From Malacoraja senta (lineage: Eukaryota): DNA of 64,000 nt. A program made the translations under genes and the position numbers. How positions within the stretch are numbered: position 1 is the stretch's first letter; each line of letters opens with the position of its first letter. Below the pieces are notes generated by a model. The model had not been told where the DNA came from, did not search any database, and worked only from the letters and a program-made list of their open reading frames with translations. This document shows positions 12,692 to 25,345 of this stretch, one piece after another. Where the stretch lies: contig CM075995.1 of assembly GCA_038087875.1 (NCBI GenBank), positions 2,544,001 to 2,608,000 on the forward strand, read 5' to 3'.

Positions 12692-13005
12692 GGTCACAGT
12701 GTTAGAATAAAGGGGAGGCCATTTAAGACTGAGGTGAGAAAACCCTTTTTCACCCATGGAGTTGTGAATTTGTGGAATTCCCTGCCACAGAGGGCAGTGG
12801 AGGCCAAATCACTGGATGGATTTAAGAGAGAGTTAGATAGAGCTCTAGGGGCTAGTGGAGTCAAGGGATATGGGGAGAAGGCAGGCACGGGTTATTGATT
12901 GGGGACGATCAGCCATGATCACAATGAATGGCGGTGCTGGCTCGAAGGGCTGAATGGCCTCCTCCTGCACCTATTTTCTATGTTTCTATGCCTATGTTTC
13001 TATGC
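12692..13005 (+). mobile_element. CR1 3'-end fragment with (TTTCTATG)n-type tail. Similar copies at about 31775-32185(-), 34757-35031(-), 45595-45910(-), 51322-51512(-) and 52720-53237(+)
   Basis: Matches the 3' end of the intact CR1 at 38700-39009. Confidence 0.9.
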
Positions 13006-13086
13006 TAGCTCTCAAAGATTTACCCACCCAGTCTCAAACCCTGATTAATCTTTATATCCGTTTCAAATATTGTTTGTCCCTAGCAT

Positions 13087-13936
13087 CAATCAATCAATCA
13101 ATCAATCAATCAAAGACTTTATTGTCATTCAGAAATACACCAATAAATGCAAGTCTGAACGAAATTTCGTTGCATCTGGCTCCCCATGCAACATAAAATA
13201 ACAAAAGGATAAAATAGATAAAAAGATAAAATAGATAAAAAGATAAAATAGATAATACCGGCGACACATTACATGGAATTCAAGAGTCTGATGGCTCGGG
13301 GGAAGAAGCTGTTGCAAAACCTGGCCGTTCTGCTCCTTATACTACGATACCTTTTGCCCGAGGGCAGCAGAGTGAACAGTCCATGATGGAGATGTGTGGG
13401 GTCCTTTATAATACTGTTGGCCTTGGGCAAGCAACGTTTGCACGCAATGTCCCGGATTGAAGGAAGAGAAGTCCCGATGATTTTTTCAGCCGTCCTCACC
13501 ACTCTCTGCACGGACTTCCAGTCGGAGGCTTTACAGTCCCCAAACCAGACAGAGATGCAGCTGGTCAAAATGTTCTCTATGGTGCCCCTGTAGATTGTGG
13601 TGAGGACGGGATGGGGGAGGTGAGCTCTTCTCATCCGGCGCAGAAAGTGCAAACGCTGCTGCGCTCTCTTAACTAGTGATGTGATGTTTTGTGACCACGT
13701 CAGACTGTTCGTGATCTGCACCCCCAGGAACTTAGTGCTACTGACCAACTCCATATCGATGTCATTTATGTGAAGTGGTGTGTGACTGTGCCGATTTTTT
13801 CTGAAGTCAACGATGACCTCCTTTGTTTTGTCAACATTCAGGATCAGATTGTTCGTGTTGCACCAGTCCACCAGTTGTTTCACCTCCTCCTTGTAAGCCA
13901 GTTCATTGTCGTCCCGGATAAGGCCCACCACTGTTG
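13087..13936 (-). mobile_element. 5'-truncated Rex1/Babar LINE
   Basis: ORF 13269-13985 (TTVVGLI...KFLGV...AQQRLHFLRR...SFFPRAIRLLN); (ATTG)n tail; probable TSD tagcat at 13081-13086 and 13937-13942. Confidence 0.88.
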
Positions 13937-14424
13937 TAGCATGTATTGAGGTCAGTGAGGGCATGTTCCAGTCATACAAGCTCATGGGAAAGACAAAGAG
14001 AAACTGATTAAACTGGGAAAAGCTTGCAGGAAATTCTATTCCAACTCCTGAAGGAAACCATACAAGTTCCGAGGGATTTGATAACTAATAAACAGTTACT
14101 CCCACTCTTAAATTTGATGACCAGAGACATCCTCAACTCTCAGGAGCGCAAGTTGCTCTCTTTTGAAGGACAGTAATGAATACATATTTACCATATGGCT
14201 GGTGAATCTTTTTTTCAGCCGGTCAATGACTGACTGAAAACAAATACTTCCTGGCACCTAACCAAACTGTGTGCTATCACGCTTAACACGATGCAACCAA
14301 GATTTTGAAGAATCAGTCTCTGCAGATAAGAAAGATTATATCCAGTTCGCAATCCGCATGGTGAGGATTGCATGAATCAGCACAACATTGGACTGAATGA
14401 AATGCCGCAAAAATATCTATATAA

Positions 14425-14748
14425 TTTAGTTCAGTTTAGTTTAGAGATGCAGTGCGGAAACAGGCCCTTCGGCCCACCGGGGTCCGAACTAGCGATTCTC
14501 GCACACTAACACTATCCTACACACACACTGGGGACAATGTTTTCATTTACATTCTTTTACACTTACACCAAGCCAATTTACCTACAATACCTGTACGCCT
14601 TTGGAGTGTGGGAGGAAACCCACGTGGGTCACAGGGAGAGGGTACAAACTCCGTACTGACAGCACCCGTAGTTGGGATTGAACATGGGTCTCCGGCACTG
14701 CAAGCTCTGTAAGGCAGCAATTTTACCGCTGCGCCATCGCGCCGCCAC
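14425..14748 (-). mobile_element. tRNA-derived V-SINE (HE1-like)
   Basis: tRNA-like head (ggcgcagcggta...), V domain (gagtttgtac..ctccc.gtgac..cgtgggtttcctcccaca), CR1-derived tail gggccgaagggcctgtttcc and (TAAAC)n. Confidence 0.88.
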
Positions 14749-15464
14749 TGATATTGAGTGCTTCACGAGCTGCTCTCATCCAGACAAGTGATGACTATTT
14801 CATCGGATTTCTGAGTTCGTCAAGTTCATATACGGTCCAATTCTAATCACAATCCAGTAATGCAAAACAAAGGTGTGGTTATTTATGACACATCTTGAAA
14901 TTATGAAAATTCAGAATTAATTTTGCCAAACAACTCTGAAAATGAAACAAAATGTCAGTCATTTTGCAACTCAATAACCTATTGAAGTGGAAGAGTGGGT
15001 GAGTCTAGTACCAGAGGCCATAACCTCAGAATAAAAGGACGTATCTTTAGAAAGGAGATGAGAAGGAATTTCTTTGGTTAGAGGGTAGTGAATCTGTGGA
15101 ATTCAGTGCCACAGACGGATGTGGAGGCCAAGTTAATGGATATTCCATGGCGGATTCTTGATTAGAACGGGTGTCAGGGGTTACAGGGTGAAGCCAGGAG
15201 AATGGGGTTGCGAGGGAACGATAGATCAGCCATGATTGAATGGCAGAGTAGACTTGATGGGCCGAATGGCCCCTTCTTCGCCTAGAATTTATCGTTAATT
15301 GTGGAATTGTGAATATTACCTGCAACTTGTTTTAACAGACAAAAAGCCAGAATACACAGAAGTAAATCCAGTAGATCAGAACATTGAACTTTCTTCAGAC
15401 AACTGAATTCGAGGAGTCAGGACTGGTCGATCGTTTCGCTGAACACCTTTGCTCAGCCCGCCTG

Positions 15465-15930
15465 AACCTACCTGAACGGGTTGCTAAACACTTTAATTCT
15501 CCTTCCCATTCCCACACAGGCCTTTCTGCCCTAGGTCTCCTCCAGTCAGAGTGAGGCTAAACGCAAATTGGAGGAACAGCATCTCATATTTGGGCAGCTT
15601 ACAGCCCAGTGGTATGAATATTGATTTCTCTAACTTCAAGTGACTCCGGCATTCCCTCTCTCCCTATCCCTCCCCCACCCAAGTTGCACCGGCTTCTCGT
15701 GTTCACCCAACAAACAGCTAACAATCGCCTGTTTCCTTTATCATCCTTACTTTTTTTGCATATCTTTCATTCATTGTTCTTTATCTCTCTACATCATCGG
15801 CGATATCTCTCGTTTCCCTTTTCCCTAACTAGTCTGAAGAAGGGTCTCGACCCAAAATTGTCACCCATTCCTTCTCTCCAGAGACGCTGCCTGTCCCGCT
15901 GAGTTACTCCAGTATTTTGTGTCTATCTTT
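15465..15930 (+). mobile_element. Penelope-like 3' fragment (end of GIY-YIG ORF plus pLTR with hammerhead motif)
   Basis: VAKHFNSPSHSH...RKLEEQHLI; collinear with 58890-59388. Confidence 0.85.
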
Positions 15931-16424
15931 GAGAAGTCAAGTTCAGCACCGCTGAAAACTATTCATCTTGCTGGGAGAGATCAAAATGAATGACCTCAAT
16001 ATATTTCTGCAGGGTCTTAAATGCAATCATGTTAGAGAACTGAATCTAATATCTTACTATGTGACAAATAGATAATTTAAATCGACTAAATATTTAAGGT
16101 AATGCAGTGGATTGTTCTGATATAGTATGCAAGGACTGGTAGGATGTGGGTTTGTGGCAATAATTATTTCCCACGCACAAAGGGCCGAGCCTTAGTTGCA
16201 CTAACAATGGGTGTTCACTCAAGGAGGAGAGATTAATATCCTAATTTTAAAAAGTCTCTCAGACACAAGAGCGACTGACTCGAACCTAACAGCAGCTATT
16301 TTAATAATGCATTGCATGGGGGATATTGGAGTGTTTGTTAGTTGATGGGTTTCTCTATTACGCCTGTGTGTGATGACAGAAGATGATAGATGTGCAGAAA
16401 TAGCAACTTAAAGTCGCTGTTAAA

Positions 16425-16726
16425 TTTAGTTTCGTTCAGTTCAGAGATTACAGTGCGGAAACAGGCCCACCGCACTGTAATCAGCAATCACCTCGAACAC
16501 TAGCACTATCCTATACACCGGGGACAATTTACAATTCTTACCGAAGCCAATTAGCCTACAAACCTGTACATCTTTGGAGTGTGGGAGGAAACCGGAGGAC
16601 CTGGGAGAAAATCCACGTGGTCACGGGGAGAACGTACAAACTCCGTACAGACAGCACCCGTGGTCAGGATGGAACCCGGGGCTCTGACGCTGTGAGGCAG
16701 CAACTCTACCGCTGTGCCGGCACTGT
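16425..16726 (-). mobile_element. V-SINE copy. Further copies at about 17739-17999(+), 22095-22391(-), 22931-23228(-), 24693-25019(-), 25868-26172(+), 29357-29677(-), 30313-30575(-), 42487-42788(-), 47224-47530(+), 51015-51320(+), 53538-53799(-) and 63448-63750(+)
   Basis: Same head, V-domain and tail architecture, mutually alignable by eye. Confidence 0.88.
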
Positions 16727-17651
16727 GTCCTTTGCAGTTCCATTTTCTACACCTCTTCCTTACTTTGCTAGTGCATATTTTTAAATGCATTATAATGTCA
16801 GATCAGAACAGATTAGTTTGTTAACAAAAAACCCCACAAAGTGCAGGAGTAACTCAGCAGGTCCGGGTCTCTGGCGCTGTAAGGCAGCAAATATTTTGTC
16901 TCTCTACCTGAAAAATGTGGAGACAACAGGAACTGGCATTTCTGCAGCAAATACACAAAATGAGTTTCCTTTTTGGGGGCCGTCAATTCATTGTTGTTAA
17001 CATGCATGATTAATGCAAAGCAAATAAACACTTCACTTTTAATGCGCTCATCAATGTAAAAAGATTTGAAGAAAGAAAAAACTCAGCTGTGAGCAGTAAC
17101 CTGCAGAAAACAGCCCTGGAGTTGGATACAACACGCCGACCGTGTGCGGTAAACCACAGGACTGCTCAAGGTTGAGAGACGGCTGCGGTAGTGGTGGCCT
17201 CGATTCTGTGGCTTTGTACGGGGCCACAGCGGGGAAAAAGCACTCTTCCAACGGCGGTGTGACTATATGCACCCTCCTCATCCCCTTCTCACTGCCCCTT
17301 AGATGGTGACATGGGGCAGAAGCTGTGGCAGGAATCACGACGGATGCAACAAGGCATCGGAGCGAAGATAGCAAAGTAGCAAGCACCGCCTAACACTGAC
17401 ATGTTCCAGATGTTGCAAGAACATAGTTAACAGCCACAACACTAGCTCGTGGGCCTCTATTTATCACAGCGAGCATCCAATTTCCATACTGATTTTGAGG
17501 TTTGCATTGACCGCGTAAGCTCTGGTGTTGCTTCCCTCTTGTGGAGGCCATTCGCTGCTCTCCTTCCTTCTCTTCCCGTCAATGGATTTTTCAGACTGTA
17601 AAATGCTGGAGTAACTCAGCGGGACGGGCAACATCTCTGGAGAGAAGGAAT

Positions 17652-17686
17652 GGGTGACGTTTCGGGTCGAGACCCTTCTTCAGACT
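17652..17686 (-). ncRNA. Minimal type I hammerhead ribozyme motif (PLE-borne), core intact
   Basis: Reverse complement agt-CTGAAGA-a-gggt-ctcg-accc-GAAAC-GTC-accc. Confidence 0.75.
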
Positions 17687-18082
17687 GTGTTGTTGAATAC
17701 GAGGCTTTCAGAGTTAAATACATTGGCACGGTTTTAGGGGAGGCACGGAGGCGCAGTGGTAGAGTTGCTGCCTTACAGCGCCAGAGATGCAGTCGATCCT
17801 GACTACGGGTGCTGTCTGTGTGGAGTTTGTAAGTTCACGATGTGGCCACGTGGGTTTCCTCCCATGTTCCAAAAACATGCAGGTTTGAAGGTTAATTGGC
17901 CTCTGTAAATTGTCCCTTGTCTGTCGGATGATCATTGGTCAGCGTGGACTCGGTGGGTCAAAGTGCCTGTTTCTTCACTGTATCTTGAAAATAAACTAAA
18001 CCATTGTTTTAAAACCCAAATCACATCATAAACAAAACAGGCACAAAATGCTGGAGTAACTCAGTGAGAGCCCCTGACTGTC

Positions 18083-18116
18083 GGTCTGAAGAAGGGTCTC
18101 GACCCGAAACGTCACC
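18083..18116 (+). ncRNA. Minimal type I hammerhead ribozyme motif (PLE-borne), core intact
   Basis: ggt-CTGAAGA-a-gggt-ctcg-accc-GAAAC-GTC-acc; stem I GGU/ACC, stem II GGGU/ACCC, palindromic ACGU in place of stem III. Confidence 0.8.
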
Positions 18117-20225
18117 CATTCCTTCTCTCTAGAGTTGCTGCCTGTCCCGCTGAGTTACTCCAGCATTTCGTGTCTATTTTTGGTGTAAACCAACATACGC
18201 AGTTCTTTCCTACAAATAAACAAAACGGCCTCTGGCAGTATGGCTCTAGCTAATTCCAATCATGGGGTCTAGTTTTTTCAAAGTTTTATCCCTCTTTCTT
18301 ATTACTGATCATTATATCACGGTAATCAGTAACCTGCCACATTTCATTCTGGGAAACCCTTCTTCCTTCGGAAGAGAAAGTGATTTGAAAATGGGGTATC
18401 TGGTCGCCAGTCGTCAGGAGACAGAAATGTGGAAGAGAACAGTTTTAGAGCCTTGATCATCGTTACTTTGTTGCATATCTTTCATTTATTTGTTCTATAT
18501 CTCTCTATATCATCGTCGATATCTCGCGTTTCCCTTTCCCCTAACTCCCCCATGTTTCCACTAGTGGGAGAGTCTGAGACGTTCTTTTAGGAAGGAGATG
18601 AGGAATTTCTTTAGTCAGAGGGTGGTGAATCTGTGGAATTCTTTGCCACAAAAGACTGTGGAGGCCAAGTCAATGAATATTTTTTAAGGCAGAGATGGAT
18701 AGATTCTTGATTAGTACGGATGTCAGGGGTTATGGGGAGAAGGCAGGAGAATGGAGGGAGGGAGAGAATAGATCGGCCATGATTGAATGGCGGACTAGAT
18801 TTGATGGGCCGAATGGCATAATTCTGCTCCTATCACTTATGACTTTATGACTCTCAGTCTGAAGAAGGGTCTCGACCCAAACGTCACCTATTCCTTTTCT
18901 CCAAAGATGCTGCCTAGCCCGCTGAGTTATTCCAGCTTTTTGTGTGCATCTTTGATTTAAACCAGCACCTGCAGTTCCTTCCCACACAGTTTTGGAGGAA
19001 TGCTGCGATCTGAAAGTTGGAGGACTGGGGGAAATTTCAAAGACAGGTGGAGCCAACCCTGTGGGTGGCTGTAAATGTGAGAATGTGAATTTTAATTCAC
19101 ACCAAAGGCAAAATATTGTTATTCTATTGTTGTTTAATTATGTGCATAAAATTGCATTTATCTCACAATTAATTTCTTTCATCTTTGACGAATGTGATTT
19201 TTTTAATTGTTTTGACATTCAAAACATTTTTTTAATGAATAGTTTGACCTTGTGTAAGACTTCTCGAATTTAGTACTCTATTTAACATCTGAGCATCAGC
19301 TTTAAGTTTTACTCTTAACAAAGATAAATCTCAATTTCTCCATCTCCACCACATCTACTCCTAAGATAAAGATTTCCATTCTCGGACATTCTCGCTGGAG
19401 TTTAGAAGGTTGAGGGGGGACCTCATTGAAACTTACAGAATAATGAAAGGCATTAGATAGAGTGGATGTGGAAAGGATGTTTCCACTGGTGGGAGAGGTC
19501 ATAGCCTCAGAATTAAAGGGCGCTCTTTTAGAAAGGAGGTGAGGAGGAACTTCTTAAGTCAGAGGGTAGTTAATCTGTGGAACTCATCGCCACAGAGGGT
19601 TGTGGAGGCCAAGTCAGTGGATATTTTTCAGGCAGAGCGAGACAAATTCTTGATTAGAACGGGTGTCAAGGGTTATGGAGAGAAGGCAGGAAAATTGGAT
19701 TAGGAGGCAGAGATCGGCCTGGTGAATGGTGGAGTAGACTCGATGGGCCGAATGGCCTAATTCTACTCTTATAACTTGTGAACGTGTCATCCAAGATGTC
19801 TTTGTTTAGTAAACATGGTTTCCCCATCTGCTGTGAGGGGGAAATGGGGAATGGGGTTAGGGGGGGAAATGATAGATCAGCCATGATTGAATGGTGAAGT
19901 AGACTTGATGGGCCGAATGGCCTAATTCTGCTTCTATCACTTATGAACTGTGGGAGATAGATCCCCCACCCACATTTCCTCTGTTTCTCGAGTTCTGCTC
20001 TCAATCCCCCCTATGTGGATGGAACAAAGATAGGGTTCCCCTGGATAGACACAAAATGCTGGAGTAACTCAGCAGGTTAGGCAGCATCTCTGGAGAGAAG
20101 TAATGGGTGACCTTTCAGGTCGAGACTCTTCTTCAGACTGTGAGTCACGAGAGAGGGAGACTAAAAATATGGACGGGTAAGGTGTGAAAATAACAGACCA
20201 AAGCAGGCAAATCTAAGGAAATGTA

Positions 20226-20405
20226 TGTAGACAAAAATGCTGGAGAAACTCAGCGGGTGAGGCAGCATCTCTGGAGAGAAGGAATAGGTGACGTTTCCTT
20301 TGTCACCTATTCCTTCGCTCCATAGATGCTGCCTCACCCGCTGAGTTTCTCAAGCATTTTTGTCTACCTTCGATTTTTCCAGCATCTGCAGTTCTTTCTT
20401 AAACA
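20226..20405. mobile_element. Foldback non-autonomous PLE derivative
   Basis: About 66-bp inverted arms (20227-20292 and 20302-20367); 12-bp TSD taaggaaatgta at 20214-20225 and 20406-20417. Confidence 0.85.
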
Positions 20406-20422
20406 TAAGGAAATGTAGGGTA

Positions 20423-20674
20423 GTTGTGGACTTGGACCCCAAGATACCACTGTATATTGTATATTTCCCCCTTACATTTGACCACCCAAAGTGCAACACC
20501 TCATTCTAGCTTGATCTGTCATAAACTCCATCCGCCATTTCTCTGCCTATTTCTGCTGCTGATATATATCCCGCTGTGTACTTTGACAGCCTTCCTCACA
20601 GTCTGTGACCCCAGCAATCTTGGTGTCATCTTCTCAACCTTACGAACTAACCTTTCTACATTTATGTCCAAGTC

Positions 20675-20715
<41 letters not shown>

Positions 20716-21890
20716 AAGATATATATCTCAGCACAGATCCCTGCAGTACTCTTCTGGTCATGGACATCTAGGTTTCTACCATAACCTTTTATCAGTAACC
20801 CAGTTCTGAATGCATATGACCAAATCCCAGTTAATCCCGCGTACCTTAATCTTCAAGGTCAGCCTACCATGGGGGACTTTATCAAATGCCTTAAGGGCCT
20901 GTCCCGCTTGCCGATTTTTTTCGGCGACTGCCGGCGTCATCGACTGACGTATCAGGGTCGGCGAAAGATTTTGAACATTTCAAAATCCAGCGGCGACAAA
21001 AAAAACGTTGCGACACTTGAGGAAACACTGCGCGTCAATACGTCATCACACCGCGTCACGCCGCATCTTTTTCAGTGACCTGATACGTCAGTCAATGACG
21101 CTGGAACTTCACCCATGACTAAAGCACACACAAAGATCTTTGTCATGGCTCCCGTAATCCTCTCTCTTGCCTCTCTCAATAATCTGGGCTAAATCCCATC
21201 AGGTTCTGGGGATTTATCCACCTGAATGCTCTTCAAGGGTCGCAACACCACCCCCTTGAGATCTCCTTTTCCTGCCCAACCTCTCCCTGTAGCTGAGGCC
21301 CACAAATCCTGGCAACATCTTCTTATATCTTCGCTGCACTCTTGCTAGCTTAACAACATCCTTCCTAAAACTGAACACTGAACACAATACTAATAATGCA
21401 GCCTCACCAATGTCTTGTACAACTGAAACATAACATCCCAATGTCTATACTCAATATCCTGACTGATGTAGGCCAATATACCAAAAGCCTGCTTGATCAC
21501 CCTTTCTACCTGTGATGCCGCTTTCAATGAACTATGTAAATGCACTCTTGGATTCCTCTACTCTACTCTCCAGAGCCCTACCATTCACTGTGTAGGTCCT
21601 TCACTGATTTGGCTTATCTGCATTAAACTCCATTAACCCTTCCTCAGCCCACTTGGCCAAATGATCAATATCATGCTGTAATCTTTGATAACCATCTTGA
21701 TTATCTACAATACCACCATTTTAGCGTCAGGTGCAAACTTACTAATCATGTCTTCCGCATTCTCATCTATGTCATTGGCATAAACCATAAACGACAGTGG
21801 GCTCAGCACCGATCTCTGAGGCACACCACTCGTTATAGGCTTCCAGTCCGAAAAATAACCTTCCACTATTACGCTTTGCTTCCTTCCTCT
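20423..21890 (-). mobile_element. Older, rearranged CR1 fragments with an embedded (TA)n microsatellite (20677-20712)
   Basis: YINDLD and RVQRRYKKMLPGFVGLSYRERLGR remnants on the minus strand. Confidence 0.75.
20894..21103. mobile_element. Truncated PIF/Harbinger MITE
   Basis: tta|agggcctgtcccgctt TIR like 30576; internal inverted repeat (gcgtcatcgactgacgtatcagg / cctgatacgtcagtcaatgacgc); second TIR missing. Confidence 0.7.
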
Positions 21891-24119
21891 CTCTAGGTTC
21901 CATGCAATCTAAAGACAATCCAAGACAGATGTCATCCCTGCCAATTTGCTACCAACGACAACCCCACCTACCTTTCAGCATCATTCTATCACACTCAATT
22001 CACTTTAGGAGATGAACTAAAGCAGAGATAAGCAAGTTACAGAAAAAACTATCAATCATTTAAGGGTTTCATCAAATCAACATTTTGCTTCATTAGTTTA
22101 CGTTTTGGTTTAGAGATACGGCGAAGAAACGGAGGCCACGCCGAACAACGATCCCCGCACACTAACGCTATCCTACACACACACATGGGATCATTTACAT
22201 TTGTACCAAGACAATTAACCTCCAAACCTGTAAGTCTTTGGAATGTGGGATGAAACCAGAGCACCCGGAGAAAACCCACGCAGGTCATGGGGAGAACGTA
22301 CAAACTTCGCACAGACAAGCACCCGTAGGAAGGATCGAACATGGGCTTCTGGCGCTGTGCGGCAGCAACTCGACCGCTGCGCCACCGTGCCGCATCATTT
22401 CATTTTTGTCATCATTCTGGAGGAGGGATGGTACAATATCTACAAGAACAAAAATCGACCCCTCCTATTCAGCGTTGCCAGTATAAACATTTATACTGGC
22501 AGTATTCCTGATGCCATATATATATTTTACTGTACCAAAACCATCCCCAAATCTGGACATTTATTTCACATTATTAAAATGTCATTTTATCTGGAAAGAA
22601 ATCTGTTACAGATCCCATAGGATGGCTGGATCAGGTTACTTGAGGGAACATCTGGAATATAAATAGCAAAGCAAATGTTTTTGGATAATAGGTCATCACC
22701 TTCAACCATGTTGAAACTTATGGAATGCATATTCCCACAAACTGTTCTTTCATTCGCACACCCTATTTTACATCTGCAATGCATTTACTTATTACAGATA
22801 CCAGTCATGAAGGAATCCAATTACGTAAAAAACACTGCAAACATCTTGAAATTCTCGCTCTGAATGTTAAAAGGGGTAAGTTAAAGATACGACAAGTTTC
22901 AAAAGTATTTACAGACTCCATGTTCACAGATTAGTCTAGTTTAGAGACACAGTGCGGAAACAGGCCCTTCAGCCCACTGAGTCCGCGCCAACCATCAATC
23001 CCCACACGCTAACACTAACCTACACACTCCAGGGACAAATTACAATTATAGCCAGCCAATTAGCTGACAAACCGTTACGTCTTTGGAGTGTGGGAGGAAA
23101 CTGGAGAAAGTCGGAGAATACCCACGCAGGTCACGGGGAGAACATACAAACTCCGTACCGACTGCATCCGTAGTCAGGATCGAAGCCTGTGCTGTGAGGC
23201 AGCAACTCTACCGCTGCGCCGCCGTGCCAACCACAGAACCACGCACATGCCTAAACAAGGGTTTGTACAGTCATCCTAAAGTCTGTGAATTCATAATGCT
23301 GTGTTATACGCCAAATAATAAATATTAATGTAACAAAATGTATTGATCAGGTTACACAGTAAAATAGTAGCAGGCACCAAATAACACTGCAAAAACTTTC
23401 TGTCTGGTCAATAAATAGAATAACATTTTCTGTAGACTCGTGCTGTTACTGTGTGCAGAAGCTGAACTATTTATAGCTTGCTGGTTAATTGGGGGAGGGG
23501 GAAAAATATGTACAACATTCTTATGGGTTGCACTTTTTTTAAATGTGGCTCCTGTTGGAAGCTTCAAACAGAGGGGTTATTGTGTGAAGAATGCAGAAAT
23601 GAGTTTGTGACGATTTGCTACAGCGGAGCGTTCACTGCTCCTGTTGATTTGATGAGCGTTCAAATCCGGACTTGCAAAAAGAATCGTGATTTTGTGAAGC
23701 GCAAGTGTTCCATCTTCACCTCGTCGGCCTTGATGGTTGAATGAATCCCTGTGAAAAGCAGCTCGTGCTGTTAGCCAAAGCAGAAATCTGCTGCAACAAT
23801 CAATATATGGGGCCAGTCAAGTATTTAATAATATTAGCTGAGCGTTTTGTAAAAAGAAGCCGGAAAGGTGAAACAGATGTTTGTTGCTATCATTTCCAGG
23901 TTCATGATGAGACCAGTTTACACAATGCAGGCATTTAAGAAGACTTGAAAAATTGGGACTTTTGCTTCCTCACACCAACTTAACGTTTAATACACATAAC
24001 GGTTAAGAGACATTTGGACAGGTACACGGATAGGTTGGATTTAGAGGGCAGGCAGATGTGGAGATGTTGGATGGTGTGGGCACGTTGGGCCAAAGGTCCT
24101 GTTTCCACGCTGCATGACT

Positions 24120-24660
24120 GAGCGGCACAGCGCTGGAGCGCTATCTCAGAGCGATCGATGCCTTGCCCGGGTCCCCGCGCTGGGACCGCAGACGAAACAT
24201 CGCAGAGTTGCGGGTCTGTGGAGCGGCCAGCTGTGGGCGGCGGCGCTGTACTTTACATCATGAGCCTGGGATCTCTCACCGAGATCGCCAGTGGTGGAGC
24301 TCCATCCAGCTGTTGGCTTCGGAAGCCGCGGTCTCGGGTAAGGAAGCGGCCGTTCCAGGTGTCCCAAGCCGCTGAGAGGATTCTCCCGACGCTGGAGCAC
24401 CATCATCCGGCGAGAAGGGCCTGGAACATCGGGCCTCCGTAAAGGCGACTGCGGAGGCCTCAATAGGCCCGACTATGGGTGGACATGGGAATGGGGACTG
24501 GACTTTGTGCCTTCCCCCATAATGGGAACCATTGTGGGGGATGTTTTTAAGTTTAAATGTCTTTATTATTGTTATGTTGTATTCTTTTTAATGTGCTGCA
24601 ATTGGCAATCCGCATTTCACTACACCAATGTGACAAATAAAGAACCTTTGAATCTTTGAT
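24120..24660 (+). mobile_element. CpG-rich non-coding retroelement with Rex1-type tail
   Basis: 3' part (ggactttgtgccttcc...catttcactacacc...gtgacaaataaa plus ctttga repeat) aligns with 6985-7159. Confidence 0.65.
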
Positions 24661-25164
24661 TCTATAACATAACAGAAATTGTAATCAACCTTTAGTTTAG
24701 ATTAGTTTAGTTTAGAGATACGCGCAGAAACAGGCCTTTCGGCCCACCGAGTCTGCACCGACCTGCGATCCCCACACATTAACACTCATACACTAGGAAC
24801 AATTTACACCAAGCCAATATACCAAGCCAATTAACCTACAATCCTGTACATCTTTGGAGTGTGGGAGTAAACCGAAGATCTCAGAGAAAACCCACGCAGT
24901 CACGGGGAGAACGTACACGCTCCGTACAGACAGGCACCCGTGGGCAGGATCAAACCCAGTTCTCTGGTACTACAAGCGCTGTAAGGCAGCAACTCTGCCG
25001 CTGCTCCACCGTGCCGCCCAGTCTGTCCAACCACAGACTGCCGCCCAGCCTGTTCAAGCCAATCAACCTTGAGTGAGCTTTGTTAAAGATCTTTTTGTAT
25101 CAATGGATTCACCCGTAATAGTTCCTAAAAACAAACTGAGAAATTGTGTGAATAAAGAACTCAC

Positions 25165-25345
25165 CACTTGGGCAGGCACTTGTTCCATTTTGGCAGCAGG
25201 AGTTCCTGGGCGCGGGTAGAACTGATTGATGAACAGACTCGGAAATTTGTACTCCTGTACGAGTTGCAGAGTTTCTTTGAAATCCGCTTCTGTCTCCCCA
25301 GGAAAGCCACAGATAATGTCTGTGGCAATTGTAATTCCTGGCACC
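25165..25345 (-). CDS. CDKAL1: Internal coding exon (181 bp) of CDKAL1, tRNA methylthiotransferase (MtaB/MiaB radical SAM family)
   Basis: Translation [60 protein letters not shown] closely matches my recollection of vertebrate CDKAL1. Acceptor cacAG at 25347-25346; donor GTGAGT at 25164-25159. Confidence 0.96.

Noticed and set aside
14166..14245. Exon-like minus-strand segment (ttttcag...ATG gtaaat)
   Set aside because: The 42-bp segment does not translate to CDKAL1-like sequence, and such splice-like pairs are common by chance.
17051..17386. 111-aa minus-strand ORF in GC-richer sequence as a host exon
   Set aside because: RRVHIVTPPLEECFFPAV resembles the decayed Rex1 ORF end (RTxRxxNSFFPxA); no supported splice structure.
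17739..17815. tRNA gene (A and B boxes present)
   Set aside because: It is the tRNA-derived head of the V-SINE, continuing into the V domain and LINE tail in every copy.
23478..23744. Cys-rich 88-aa ORF
   Set aside because: No recognisable domain spacing, non-ATG start and antisense to the host gene; consistent with chance.
25063..25164. Extension of the CDKAL1 ORF beyond the exon (VSSLFTQ...)
   Set aside because: Lies past a canonical GTGAGT donor and similarity to CDKAL1 stops there; intronic read-through.
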